From Escherichia phage teqskov, in the sequence record NC_054934.1: a DNA stretch of 64,000 bases. One strand, written 5' to 3'. Of this stretch, positions 39,401 to 49,697 are shown piece by piece. The notes below the pieces were generated by a model. That model saw only the letters and a program-made list of their open reading frames with translations, was not told the DNA's origin and ran no database searches. How positions within the stretch are numbered: position 1 is the first letter of the stretch; each line of letters begins with the position of its first letter. Both the position numbers and the translations under genes were made by a program.

Positions 39401-39559
39401 TTGATTACTCGGGAGATTTTCCCCCGAGTTTGTTTTTGTCTCAGCGATTTCTACAAAATAGTAGAAATTAGCACCAACGTCATCCCAGCGTACTTGCACC
39501 TGATTTGCGGATAACTTGGAAATTCTGAGACTAGTGACTGAAGGTGCTTTTACTGTCAT
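36461..39559 (-). CDS. 7: baseplate wedge protein gp7
   Basis: 1032 aa as T4 gp7. Confidence 0.85.
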   Translation of the reverse strand: MTVKAPSVTSLRISKLSANQVQVRWDDVGANFYYFVEIAETKTNSGENLPSNQYRWINLGYTANNSFFFDDADPLTSYVIRVATAAQDFEQSDWIYTEEFETFATNAYTFQNMIEMQLANKFIQEKFTLNNSDYVNFNNDTIMAALMNESFQFSPSYVDVSSISNFIIGENEYHEIQGSIQQVCKDINRVYLMESEGILYLFERYQPVVKVSNDKGQTWKAVKLFNDRVGYPLSKTVYYQSANTTYVLGYDKIFYGRKSTDVRWSADDVRFSSQDITFAKLGDQLHLGFDVEIFATYATLPANVYRIAEAITCTDDYIYVVARDKVRYIKTSNAPIDSDPLSPTYSERLFEPDTMTITGNPKAVCYKMDSIGDKVFALIIGEVETLNANPRTSKIIDSADKGIYVLNHDEKTWKRVFGNTEEERRRIQPGYANMSTDGKLVSLSSSNFKFLSDNVVNDPETAAKYQLIGAVKYEFPREWLADKHYHMMAFIADEKSDWETFTPQPMKYYAEPFFNWSKKSNTRCWINNSDRVVVVYADLKYTKVIENIPETSPDRLVHEYWDDGDCTIVMPNVKFTGFKKYASGMLFYKASGEIISYYDFNYRVRDTVEIIWKPTEVFLKAFLQNQEHETPWSPEEERGLADPDLRPLIGTMMPDSYLLQDSNFEAFCEAYIQYLSDGYGTQYNNLRNLIRNKYPREEHAWEYLWSEIYKRNIYLNADKRDAVARFFESRSYDFYSTKGIEASYKFLFKVLYNEEVEIEIESGAGTEYDIIVQSDSLTEDLVGQTIYTATGRCNVTYIERSYSNGKLQWTVTIHNLLGRLIAGQEVKAERLPSFEGEIIRGVKGKDLLQNNIDYINRSRSYYVMKIKSNLPSSRWKSDVIRFVHPVGFGFIAITLLTMFINVGLTLKHTETIINKYKNYKWDSGLPTEYADRVAKLTPTGEIEHDSVTGEAIYEPGPMAGVEYPLPDDYNAENNNSIFQGQLPSERRKLMSPLFDASGTTFAQFRDLVNKRLKDNIGNPRDPENPTQVKIDE

Positions 39560-41538
39560 TGTGATATAGGCTCCAAATCGATAGTTAAGTATTGTGGACG
39601 TAAGTCATTTTCAAATACAATCAGTGAACCGTCGCGAGTAAAGATAACATCATCGGTTGGGTCAGAATATAATTCGATGGTCTGAACTTCAAATTTTTCA
39701 GATGTTAAATTAATTTTAGCGATATTCCAATAAATCACATCAGCTGGATAATTTATTTCACCGATAACATAGTATTTGTCGCGTCCATCAGAATTTGCTA
39801 ATTTGTTAAAATCGTTGCCTGTATACGGCTGAATGTTTTCATTTTCTGTAACATCGCCAGAAGCAAATGGACCAATAATAACTTTACCAATTCCTTTAGA
39901 ATCTCGGTCTGTTGATACTATACGAACGTCATATAATACATCTTCTTCTAAACCAGTATCAGGATTTACAACCTTTCGTCCAGAATTAAATGAAAACGTA
40001 TTAGATTCCATAGAACGATCTTTTATTTGATTATTGTATTTAATACCTGCTTCAGGTGTTTTATAGAAGTTTTGTACTTCACGAACAATTTGAATTGTCG
40101 CTGATGAACCAATGATAGAATGATCTGCATCATCTACATATGTCAACATCTTAGACTTGGCAAAAGACGAGTTAAAAATTTCTACATCTTCGGTATAATA
40201 ACGATCAATTTTATCAATTATTTGACCTTCGAGCCACTGTTCGGATTCTTGCAGCTTATTTAAAGCATATGTGACTTTTAAATTAGTCTTAATAAAAAGA
40301 TAATTAGGAGAAATAATTGATGGCGTAATAGGAGCTAAATTATAGTCTTTGAGATAATTTTTAATATCTTCACGTTGCACAGTAGTTAAATACAATCCTG
40401 ATTTAGGTTTAGCAGCAATAAATGCATACCCAGGTTTAGTAGAATCAGTGAAAGTCTGAACAGCTTGAATAATAGAACCAAATCTCTCTGAAACGAATGT
40501 ATCGTAGTCAGTCGCAGTTACGCAGCGTTGCTGGGTTTCGCGTTTAATAGTACCCAATTCGCGAATACGCTCAATATCTTCTGGATCACCGCCGCCATCT
40601 GCTCCGACAAAATCTGGGTCGTCGTTTGGATTTTCATTAATATTGATGACAGTTATATTTGTTAATGTATCTGCATATGAAAATCCGACTGCGCCATTCG
40701 CATCTGCACCGTTAGTACTGATGTACTCAATAACAATCGTAGAGTTCTGGGTAGGTTTAAGACCTCCGATATAATTAGCGGTCAAAGCTCCTTCAGAAGC
40801 ATTAACAGAAATTTCACCTTCGCCAAAATAGAATTCAGTGTTTCCATCAATAGTTTCACGCATATAGTAAATCGTTGATGTTGAACCAGCATGAACCATT
40901 GACTTTCTTGTCCAGTTAATCCATTCCGCTCCATCAACATATAATTTAACCTGGTTTCTATCAATATTTTTATCATAAATGATAATAGGTGTTAATTTAT
41001 CATAAATGATTTCAGTTCTTACTATACGTCCCTGGGCCAATTTTAAACGTGGAAAATATTGGTTATTTTTATCACGAATAGCAATAACGTCTTCGGTAGA
41101 AACGAAGTTATATGGATTAACAGAAGTATCTTTTGCATATGCTAAAAAGCGAGTTCCGCGAGGAATTGTAATGTAATTCCTATTCAATGCGTCGGTGCAT
41201 GTTAACATAATTTCGGTCTGCGCAGCGGATTTTGAAGTAGGTAAATATCCGTTATCTTGTGCAGCTTGAACAACTGAACTTCGTAAGTTAGCAGTACGCA
41301 TAAAGCTTTCATACACAGCAGCATTACCAAACTGTTGAATGTACAACGTATTATAAGCCAAAAGGTCACACAGAACGTTTAATCTTGAGCCTTCAAAATC
41401 ATAATCCAAAAATTCATTTTGGCCATTAAGCCATTCAATGAGGTTTTGTTTTATTTCAGCAAACGTACCCCCGACGAATATCTCGGGAATAGCATTTGCT
41501 GTTCTTGTTAATTGATAATTTACAGGGGTATTTGCCAT
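39556..41538 (-). CDS. 6: baseplate wedge protein gp6
   Basis: 660 aa as T4 gp6. Confidence 0.85.
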   Translation of the reverse strand: MANTPVNYQLTRTANAIPEIFVGGTFAEIKQNLIEWLNGQNEFLDYDFEGSRLNVLCDLLAYNTLYIQQFGNAAVYESFMRTANLRSSVVQAAQDNGYLPTSKSAAQTEIMLTCTDALNRNYITIPRGTRFLAYAKDTSVNPYNFVSTEDVIAIRDKNNQYFPRLKLAQGRIVRTEIIYDKLTPIIIYDKNIDRNQVKLYVDGAEWINWTRKSMVHAGSTSTIYYMRETIDGNTEFYFGEGEISVNASEGALTANYIGGLKPTQNSTIVIEYISTNGADANGAVGFSYADTLTNITVININENPNDDPDFVGADGGGDPEDIERIRELGTIKRETQQRCVTATDYDTFVSERFGSIIQAVQTFTDSTKPGYAFIAAKPKSGLYLTTVQREDIKNYLKDYNLAPITPSIISPNYLFIKTNLKVTYALNKLQESEQWLEGQIIDKIDRYYTEDVEIFNSSFAKSKMLTYVDDADHSIIGSSATIQIVREVQNFYKTPEAGIKYNNQIKDRSMESNTFSFNSGRKVVNPDTGLEEDVLYDVRIVSTDRDSKGIGKVIIGPFASGDVTENENIQPYTGNDFNKLANSDGRDKYYVIGEINYPADVIYWNIAKINLTSEKFEVQTIELYSDPTDDVIFTRDGSLIVFENDLRPQYLTIDLEPISQ

Positions 41539-41546
41539 TTTAAATC

Positions 41547-41840
41547 CTATTTAATGAATACTTTAGATGATGCCTGAGCCACAGTATCACCGCATGATAT
41601 TGGATCAGCCATTTGAACAGCTTTCTTTCCAGTGACATATACCTTAGAAGTTCTGGGTTGTGTCACTCCGCCATGTGTTTCATATGGCTTTTTAATTTCT
41701 GTATGTTCTGTAATTGGATCGCCTGCTACTAGAACAGCAATTCCTCCAGTGAATACTTTGCTTTGTGTAGCATTCACAACTGTTGGAGGCCACGCTTCAT
41801 GGCCAGCAGTAACACACTTATCATAACTTAATCCTGACAT
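41547..41840 (-). CDS. 5.4: PAAR-repeat spike-tip protein gp5.4
   Basis: 97 aa as T4 gp5.4; PAAR-like beta-rich sequence. Confidence 0.85.
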
Positions 41841-42398
41841 TTATGGCCTCTCATACACATAGCTTCTCAATTTATTAGCCCAACGACTCCAATTTCCAAC
41901 TATAGTTTTAGTATAATTTTTAACGAGAGTTTTTCTTACTGGAGCAGGAGGATCCGTCGGTTCAGTAGTATCAGAAGATGACCTAGAATTACTGCCAGAA
42001 CCTCCAGATTCACTTTGTTCTTGGTAGTCATATATTAATGTTACTTCGTAAGTGAATGTCTTCTGGAGATTTTGAGGAGCTTTCCACAAATACAACTGAG
42101 TATCAGAATCAGTAGGAAGTTCTTCCCATGAAGCAGCAGTTTTAAATTCATCGCCTAAACGATATTTCAACGCGTCATTTCCGAAACCAAATACAGATTC
42201 ATATGTTCCATATAAGCGATTTTCTTCTACTAAAACCCCAGGAGTTTCTTCGTAACTAGTTATATTTATAGATACTAACGTTTCACCTGTTTCTAATTGA
42301 GCGGTAAAGGTGACGTCGATAGAAGAACCTTCCATGGATTCTCCTAAATCAGCGCTCATTGGAAGTATATTAGCCAATGTCAATCCTCGATCCATCAA
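41841..42398 (-). CDS. hypothetical protein gp5.1-like
   Basis: 185 aa ORF between gene 5 and 5.4; ORF-track start overlaps gene 5 by 29 nt, so true start may be internal. Confidence 0.55.
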
Positions 42399-44097
42399 TT
42401 GTGTATTGACCAGATGAAATAGAACTCATAGATGCAATTTTTTCTGTCCAATCACCACCAACGTCCCAATCAACTGTCCCAGCAACTTTCCAAGAAAGAT
42501 TTCCATTTACTGTATTAGTCTGATTTCCTTCAACTAAAGTGGTAGCATCTCCTTTAACTGTAATGTCAGCATTACCTTCAACTACAATAGTAACATTACC
42601 TTTAACTAGGATAGTTCCATTACCTTCAACCGTCTTAGTTTCATCGCCTCGAACAAATATCGTATTGCTTCCATCTATTTGGTGAAGACGATTATCCATG
42701 TTGTAATAAATTTCTGATCCACCGACGTTAGTCTTTTTATCACCGGCTACCAAAAAATTACCATCAGCGTTGGTTATATCATACAAATTATCAACAGTTT
42801 TTCTTGTTCTTCTCCCTGACGGTGATACTTCTTCATAAGTTCCAGTTGGATGAACTAATCTATATCGTTCTTGCCCAGGGGTATCATCAAATTCCTGAAT
42901 ATGTCCACTTTCAGTTTCCATTGTATGCACATAAGGATATTCGCCTTTATATGAAGAAACTGGTTCTTTGAATAAAATTCTCGAGTCATTTGGAATAGGA
43001 GGGTCAGCAGGGTCAGAAGATTTAGTTACAGTCGCAGCCATTGCCGATAAAGACCTAGCTGGAGTTTTCACTTCAACACCATATGATTCCAAATTCCCCG
43101 TAAGAATAATCATGGTAACACGGGATGCACGGCCTTTTGTTTGTTGATACCACAATGAATCACGACCGGCTTTATATGCTTTTTCCCAATCTCCTGCTAA
43201 CATAGCAGTTAACATTGTGTTAAATTTAGCTACACCGCCAACCCCCATCTGAAATGCCATATTTTCTAATGCCATTTGACGAGAACGGTTGACAGCTTGC
43301 CAGACTGGTCCTACTTTAGAATGCGATTTAATGTCACGTTGCATATCAGCCAAATCACGCTCAAATAAAGTCGTCGCCTCTTCCATTGTAATAGAACCTG
43401 GATTTCCTGTAATTTCACGACCAACTTGTTTTGATAAAACTTTATTAATTTGAGCCATATCACGAACTGGCTGCTTCATGATAAGATGACCAATACCAAT
43501 TGTCGGATATCCTTCGGTATCCCAATAAACTTTTAATCTTAATCCTTCATCACGGCGAAGCATTTCAGCCATTGACATATTTGGATTATCATCAGTTGGA
43601 ATCTCTGATAGTGGTCTATCATCGGGATTTATTGCGGTGTCTAAGTTACTATCTTGAATAACATTAGAAGAGGAATCATATCCTACTTCTCCGCCTTGGT
43701 TTAATACGTTAGTATCATTTCCTAAACGTCTAGGATACTGCCCAGTTGGGTCAGAAAATCCTTCAAGTCTATTCGGTTTTTCGCGAACTATTCCACCATA
43801 CGTGCCAAGGACAATTCCGTTAGTTTTCCATTTGTCTAAAAAATGACCGTAAACTCTAGTTCCTTCTACCGGTCCAGTAACAGAACCTCCAATTCCTGAC
43901 ATTGCTGCAGAAGTTATAGGTTGAATAACTGACATCCATGGTAATTTTTCAGTTGGAATACCCATTACATCACCTTGTGCTCTTTGAGGTGGATGCAGAC
44001 CAACAACACGAACACGAACACGACCTAATTTTAATGGGTCCATTCTATCTTCAACAACACCAACAAACCAATTAAGGTTATTACTTATCATTTCCAT
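42370..44097 (-). CDS. 5: baseplate central spike / cell-puncturing lysozyme gp5
   Basis: 575 aa as T4 gp5; lysozyme motif GLRLKVYWDTEGYPTIGIGHLI; C-terminal beta-helix repeats (VEGN..). Confidence 0.9.
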   Translation of the reverse strand: MEMISNNLNWFVGVVEDRMDPLKLGRVRVRVVGLHPPQRAQGDVMGIPTEKLPWMSVIQPITSAAMSGIGGSVTGPVEGTRVYGHFLDKWKTNGIVLGTYGGIVREKPNRLEGFSDPTGQYPRRLGNDTNVLNQGGEVGYDSSSNVIQDSNLDTAINPDDRPLSEIPTDDNPNMSMAEMLRRDEGLRLKVYWDTEGYPTIGIGHLIMKQPVRDMAQINKVLSKQVGREITGNPGSITMEEATTLFERDLADMQRDIKSHSKVGPVWQAVNRSRQMALENMAFQMGVGGVAKFNTMLTAMLAGDWEKAYKAGRDSLWYQQTKGRASRVTMIILTGNLESYGVEVKTPARSLSAMAATVTKSSDPADPPIPNDSRILFKEPVSSYKGEYPYVHTMETESGHIQEFDDTPGQERYRLVHPTGTYEEVSPSGRRTRKTVDNLYDITNADGNFLVAGDKKTNVGGSEIYYNMDNRLHQIDGSNTIFVRGDETKTVEGNGTILVKGNVTIVVEGNADITVKGDATTLVEGNQTNTVNGNLSWKVAGTVDWDVGGDWTEKIASMSSISSGQYTIDGSRIDIG

Positions 44098-44671
44098 AAG
44101 ATTTCTCCATTATACGTATAAGGTCGTTCATAAATGAATTAATGTCTGATTTTGCTATTATTTTTATTTGACGAAGTTTTTCATTTTCAAGAACAGCCGC
44201 TTCATACGTATCGACCGCAGCAAGTGCTCCTTCATATTGAGGATATTTTCTAGCTTTATCGCCTTTGTCATACCAAACATATGGATTATCATCGTATGAT
44301 ATTAAATTATAAAATTTTTCACCGTTCTCATTCACATGATATACTATCTGGTCTCCACCCACATTTTTGTATTTTTGTATAGATGCTTGATAAGCAGCTT
44401 CTTGTGAAGTAATCCATCCATAATACGGATCATAATTATCATTACACATCAATAAAACCCAATACAACTGTGGATTTCCGTATATAGTATTTGCTAATTC
44501 TTCCGGGCGTGGTGAACCTTTAATATAATAAGTACGTAAGCGGTATCCCGCAAGAGCACGTTTGAAATAGTCTTTATAGTTTCTAAAAATATCTGTCATA
44601 GGAATAGTCGGCGCGTTTTTATTCACCGTTTTGGCCGCATATTCAATCGGATCAAAAAATGTAAAGAGCAT
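44081..44671 (-). CDS. 53: baseplate wedge protein gp53
   Basis: 196 aa as T4 gp53. Confidence 0.85.
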   Translation of the reverse strand: MLFTFFDPIEYAAKTVNKNAPTIPMTDIFRNYKDYFKRALAGYRLRTYYIKGSPRPEELANTIYGNPQLYWVLLMCNDNYDPYYGWITSQEAAYQASIQKYKNVGGDQIVYHVNENGEKFYNLISYDDNPYVWYDKGDKARKYPQYEGALAAVDTYEAAVLENEKLRQIKIIAKSDINSFMNDLIRIMEKSYGNDK

Positions 44672-44684
44672 GGGCCCTCCTGTT

Positions 44685-44707
44685 TATAAATATATTATCT
44701 ATTTATA
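44685..44707. promoter_or_regulatory. divergent late promoters: TATAAATA (plus, gene 4) at 44685 and TATTTATA (minus, gene 53) at 44700
   Basis: late-promoter octamers upstream of both divergent late genes. Confidence 0.6.
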
Positions 44708-44718
44708 AGGAGAATCCA

Positions 44719-45171
44719 ATGGCATATTCTGGAAAATGGGTTCCTAAAAATATATCAAAATATAGAGGTGACCCTAAAAAAATTACGTATAGATCAAATT
44801 GGGAAAAATTCTTTTTTGAATGGTTAGATAAAAATCCAGAAATTATTGCATGGGGTAGTGAAACAGCAGTAATTCCTTATTTTTGTAATGCAGAAGGGAA
44901 AAAACGTAGATACTTCATGGATATTTGGATGAAAGATTCTTCTGGACAAGAATTTTTTATTGAAATAAAACCTAAAAAAGAAACACAACCACCAGTTAAA
45001 CCAGCACATCTAACAACTGCAGCGAAGAAAAGATTTATGAATGAAATTTATACATATTCCGTTAATACCGACAAATGGAAAGCAGCGCAAGCTTTAGCTG
45101 AAAAGCGTGGAATAAAATTTAGAATTCTAACAGAAGATGGATTACGAGCTCTTGGCTTTAAGGGGGCATAA
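44719..45171 (+). CDS. 4: head completion protein gp4
   Basis: 150 aa as T4 gp4; divergent from gene 53 across late promoters. Confidence 0.8.
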
Positions 45172-45995
45172 TGGCTATTTTTCAAATAATTAATGAAAGC
45201 ACTCCCCAAGTTCCAAAGGTTAAGCAATCATTAAACGAAAAGAAATGGATTCAAATAGGTCTTGAATATAAAAAGGCCAAAGCAAAAGGAATGACAGGAA
45301 AGCAATTTGCTGAAGAAAGAGGAATCAAATACTCTACGTTTACTTCAGCAATGTCAAAATATGCTTCAGGAATTAAAACAGCTGAAAAGATTCAAAAGCT
45401 TGAATCAAAACCAATGAATAAACTCAATAAGCAAGAAAGACAACTGCTTATGATAAATTCATTCAGACAAACATTGCGCGATAAAATTCGTAATGAAGGT
45501 GCAGCAATTAATAATAAAACCAGAAAATGGTTTGCTGAAACTATTAAGCAAGTAAAAGGACATAAAGTTGTTCGCCCGCAGCCGGGACGAATATATGCTT
45601 TTGCTTATGACGCTAAACACAAGGAAACTCTTCCTTACTGGGATAAATTTCCTTTGATAATTTATCTTGGTTTAGGTAAGCATAACTTAATGTACGGATT
45701 AAACTTGCACTATATTCCACCTAAAGCTCGTCAGCAATTCCTAGAAGAGCTTTTAAAGCAATATGCAAATACACCTACTATTACTAATAAAACGAAATTA
45801 AAAATTGATTGGAGTCAAGTGAAAGGATTTAGGGGTGCAGACCAAATGATTAAGGCATATATACCTGGTAATATTATGGGTAGCCTTGTTGAAATCGCCC
45901 CGAAAGACTGGGCGAACGTTGTGTTGATGCCACTTCAGCAGTTCGTTTCAAAAGGAAAACGTTTCTCTGCAAACAAAGTCTGGTCAAATATCTAA
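45171..45995 (+). CDS. 2: DNA end-protector protein gp2
   Basis: 274 aa as T4 gp2. Confidence 0.8.
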
Positions 45996-46101
45996 TTCTA
46001 TTATCTTCCATTCTTTTCTGTTGTTTGTTCTAAATGGAATTGAATGGAAGGAACTTAGACCCATTATACCACCAACAGTTATAAAGCATTATGAGGAATA
46101 T

Positions 46102-46632
46102 ATGTCGCAAGCTCTGCAGCAAATTTTTAACCAAGCAAATACAACTAATTTTGTAGTATCAATACCACATAGTAATACTACATCTGCTTTTACTTTAAAT
46201 GCTCAGTCAGTTCCTATTCCAGGAATTAGAATACCTGTTACTGATACCGTGACTGGGCCGTTTGGACTAGGCCGAGCACAACGTCCAGGTGTTACATTTG
46301 AGTACGACCCACTCATCGTGAGATTTATAGTTGATGAAGAGCTTAAGTCATGGATAGGAATGTATGAATGGATGCTAGGAACTAGTAACTATCTTACAGG
46401 CGAAAATACTGCCCAAAAAACAGGTCCTGAGTACATTACGCTTTACATTTTAGATAATAGCAAAACTGAAATCGTGATGTCAATAAATTTTTATAAGCCT
46501 TGGGTTTCTGACCTGTCTGAAGTAGAATTTAGCTACACAGAAGATTCAGACCCAGCCTTAGTATGCACAGCAACGATTCCTTATACGTATTTTCAAGTAG
46601 AAAAAGATGGAAAAATTATAGCAGAAGTTTAA
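46102..46632 (+). CDS. 3: tail tube terminator / sheath stabiliser gp3
   Basis: ORF-track start 46021 is non-ATG; ATG at 46102 (MSQALQQ) with GAGGAA upstream gives 176 aa as T4 gp3. Confidence 0.8.
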   Translation: MSQALQQIFNQANTTNFVVSIPHSNTTSAFTLNAQSVPIPGIRIPVTDTVTGPFGLGRAQRPGVTFEYDPLIVRFIVDEELKSWIGMYEWMLGTSNYLTGENTAQKTGPEYITLYILDNSKTEIVMSINFYKPWVSDLSEVEFSYTEDSDPALVCTATIPYTYFQVEKDGKIIAEV

Positions 46633-46681
46633 TGCTTCAGTTTCATGTGTTATAATCTTAACTAAATTTGAGGAGAAACAT

Positions 46682-47406
46682 ATGAAACTAATCTTTTTAA
46701 GTGGTGTAAAGCGTAGTGGAAAAGATACTACTGCAGATTTTATTATGAATAATTATTCTGCAGTTAAATATCAACTTGCTGGTCCTATTAAGGATGCATT
46801 GGCTTATGCATGGGGTGTATTTGCAGCAAACACTGACTATCCTTGTTTAACTCGTAAAGAGTTTGAAGGAATTGACTATGATCGTGAAACTAATTTAAAT
46901 CTGACTAAATTAGAAGTAATTACGATTATGGAACAAGCATTTTGCTATCTTAATAGTAAAAGCCCAATTAAAGGTGTGTTTGTTTTTGATGACGAAGGAA
47001 AAGAATCAGTTACTTTCGTAGCATTTAATAAGATTGCTGACGTTATAAATAATATTGAAGATCAATGGTCAGTCCGTCGTCTGATGCAAGCCCTAGGTAC
47101 GGATTTGATTGTTAATAACTTCGACCGCATGTATTGGGTAAAATTATTTGCTTTAGATTATCTTGATAAATTTAACTCAGGTTATGATTATTATATCGTT
47201 CCTGATACTCGTCAAGATCATGAAATGGATGCGGCTAGGGCGATGGGTGCTACAGTAATTCATGTAGTTCGTCCTGGTCAAAAATCCAATGATACACATA
47301 TTACAGAAGCTGGATTGCCAATTCGTGATGGCGATTTAGTAATTACAAACGATGGTTCTCTTGAAGAACTTTTTTCTAAAATTAAAAATACACTAAAGGT
47401 ACTATA

Positions 47407-47407
<1 letters not shown>
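46682..47407 (+). CDS. 1: deoxynucleoside monophosphate kinase gp1
   Basis: 241 aa as T4 gp1; P-loop GVKRSGKDT. Confidence 0.85.
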
Positions 47408-48104
<697 letters not shown>

Positions 48105-48116
48105 CTTCATAAAGTT

Positions 48117-48146
48117 GTTTACACGCTGATGAGGTAGTGATACTAT
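48117..48146 (+). promoter_or_regulatory. T4-type early promoter (GTTTAC-N18-TACTAT), ip cassette 1
   Basis: -35 at 48117, extended -10 TG-a-TACTAT at 48141; ATG at 48177. Confidence 0.65.
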
Positions 48147-48176
48147 TACCTCATCAAAATTAATTAGGAAAATAAA

Positions 48177-48434
48177 ATGAAAACTTATAAAGAGTTTGCT
48201 ACAGAAACTATTATCACTGAATCTTCTCATGGTATGGAAGTAAAGCTTGGAATGGCTTTAGCTGAAGCTGAGCGTCTTTTTTCTCGTATTAAAGAACTTG
48301 CTGCTGCAGTCGATCCTTCATCTTTTAAAGGAGACCAAACTAAAGTTAAAGCACTTTTAGCATTATGCTCTGATGCAGGAGAAATCGCTAAGAACGGTTC
48401 TAAGATGAAGAAACGATTAGAAGATTTAAAATAA
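48177..48434 (+). CDS. internal-protein-like small protein with capsid targeting signal (CTS)
   Basis: N-terminus MKTYKEFATE matches the CTS consensus of T4 internal proteins; own early promoter. Confidence 0.6.
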   Translation: MKTYKEFATETIITESSHGMEVKLGMALAEAERLFSRIKELAAAVDPSSFKGDQTKVKALLALCSDAGEIAKNGSKMKKRLEDLK

Positions 48435-48446
48435 TTTCACAAAGTT

Positions 48447-48476
48447 GTTTACACGGGGTTTTAGTAGTGATACTAT
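48447..48476 (+). promoter_or_regulatory. T4-type early promoter (GTTTAC-N18-TACTAT), ip cassette 2
   Basis: -35 at 48447, -10 at 48471; ATG at 48513. Confidence 0.65.
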
Positions 48477-48512
48477 TACCCTATCAAAACAAATGTGAAA
48501 TTGGAGAATAAA

Positions 48513-48746
48513 ATGAAAACGTATCAAGAATTTATTGCTGAAGCTGCTGATGTAAAAGTTGAGTTTATTTACATTGGCAAGAAAGATAAAATGGGCGAAA
48601 TGCCTCATGGAGTTCTTCGTGATGCATTAGATAATTTCGGTCAACTCGGTGGTGAAGAGTTTGGTGATTATTTTGTTATCTATGGACCAGAAAAAGTCAT
48701 CGAGAAATGGGCTGATAAATATAAATCAATTTTTCGTAAAAAATAA
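48513..48746 (+). CDS. internal-protein-like small protein with CTS (IPI-family candidate)
   Basis: ORF-track start 48495 is GTG; ATG at 48513 with GGAGAA upstream gives MKTYQEFIAEA... (77 aa); own early promoter. Confidence 0.6.
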   Translation: MKTYQEFIAEAADVKVEFIYIGKKDKMGEMPHGVLRDALDNFGQLGGEEFGDYFVIYGPEKVIEKWADKYKSIFRKK

Positions 48747-48776
48747 GTTTACTTTTAGATAGGGTAGTGATACTAT
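48747..48776 (+). promoter_or_regulatory. T4-type early promoter (GTTTAC-N18-TACTAT), cassette 3
   Basis: -35 at 48747, -10 at 48771; ATG at 48805. Confidence 0.65.
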
Positions 48777-48804
48777 TACCCTATCTACTACTGAGGAGAA
48801 TAAA

Positions 48805-48990
48805 ATGAAACGTTGTGAATTAATTCGAAATGTTGCTATTGCAATTTCTGCTTCCGCTTTTAGTTTTTCAATGTTTGTTGGATTTATATGCGGATTATTA
48901 ACTACAGCAGAAAATGTGTTTTCACTTGTAGTAGCATTTTTAATTGGTTTAATCGCTATCGTTATGGATAAAATTTCTAAAGGTGAATAG
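48805..48990 (+). CDS. small hydrophobic membrane protein (61 aa, two predicted TM helices)
   Basis: own early promoter; GAGGAG upstream of ATG; hydrophobic composition. Confidence 0.5.
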   Translation: MKRCELIRNVAIAISASAFSFSMFVGFICGLLTTAENVFSLVVAFLIGLIAIVMDKISKGE

Positions 48991-49401
48991 ATGAGTATTA
49001 ACGAATATTATGTTTATGCCGGGGATTATGCAAATCCTTCTCATTTTGAAGGTAATTTAATACCTGATAAAGTTTTTAATACTCCTTTTGAAGCGTGGAG
49101 TTGGATTGAAAGTAAAAATGGATTTTCTTACCGTTATGTTGAAGTAACTGATTGGAGAGGAACTAAATATCCTAAAGACCATTATTACGTAAATCCATCT
49201 AAGGTAAATTTTCTTTTATTCGCAGGTGATAATTATTATCCTTGTGGCGGATATGATGATTTAATTGCGTATGCTGAAACAGAAGATAAACTGCGTGATA
49301 TCATTAAAGAAAATGAAAATAAACCAGATTATGGTTCCAATCGTTTCGACTGGTGGCAAATCGTAAATGCCCATACTCATGCTATCGTTGATAGAGGCTG
49401 A
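48991..49401 (+). CDS. hypothetical protein (136 aa)
   Basis: ORF with phage-like composition; coupled to downstream ORF. Confidence 0.5.
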   Translation: MSINEYYVYAGDYANPSHFEGNLIPDKVFNTPFEAWSWIESKNGFSYRYVEVTDWRGTKYPKDHYYVNPSKVNFLLFAGDNYYPCGGYDDLIAYAETEDKLRDIIKENENKPDYGSNRFDWWQIVNAHTHAIVDRG

Positions 49402-49403
49402 TA

Positions 49404-49697
49404 ATGATTCTTTATGCTAAAGTATCATCCATTGAAAATGGATATAAATATGATCAAGAAGCAGCTAAAGCCTTGATTGATGATTATGGCATTTTAACAT
49501 GTTTTGAAGTTGAAAAGGTTTACATTGACCGTTCATCTTCTCAGGTTAAATTAGTGAAGGAAGACCGTAAATTTAATACAGTAAATTTTGATTTCTTTAT
49601 TGAAACGGAAAAAGGTCCTCTTGAATATGATATTTTCAAGAATCCTTTGGGTCTTGAATGTATTGAATATACTTACATTAATATGGTGAGCAAATGA
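49404..49697 (+). CDS. hypothetical protein (97 aa)
   Basis: ORF 2 nt after previous stop. Confidence 0.5.
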   Translation: MILYAKVSSIENGYKYDQEAAKALIDDYGILTCFEVEKVYIDRSSSQVKLVKEDRKFNTVNFDFFIETEKGPLEYDIFKNPLGLECIEYTYINMVSK

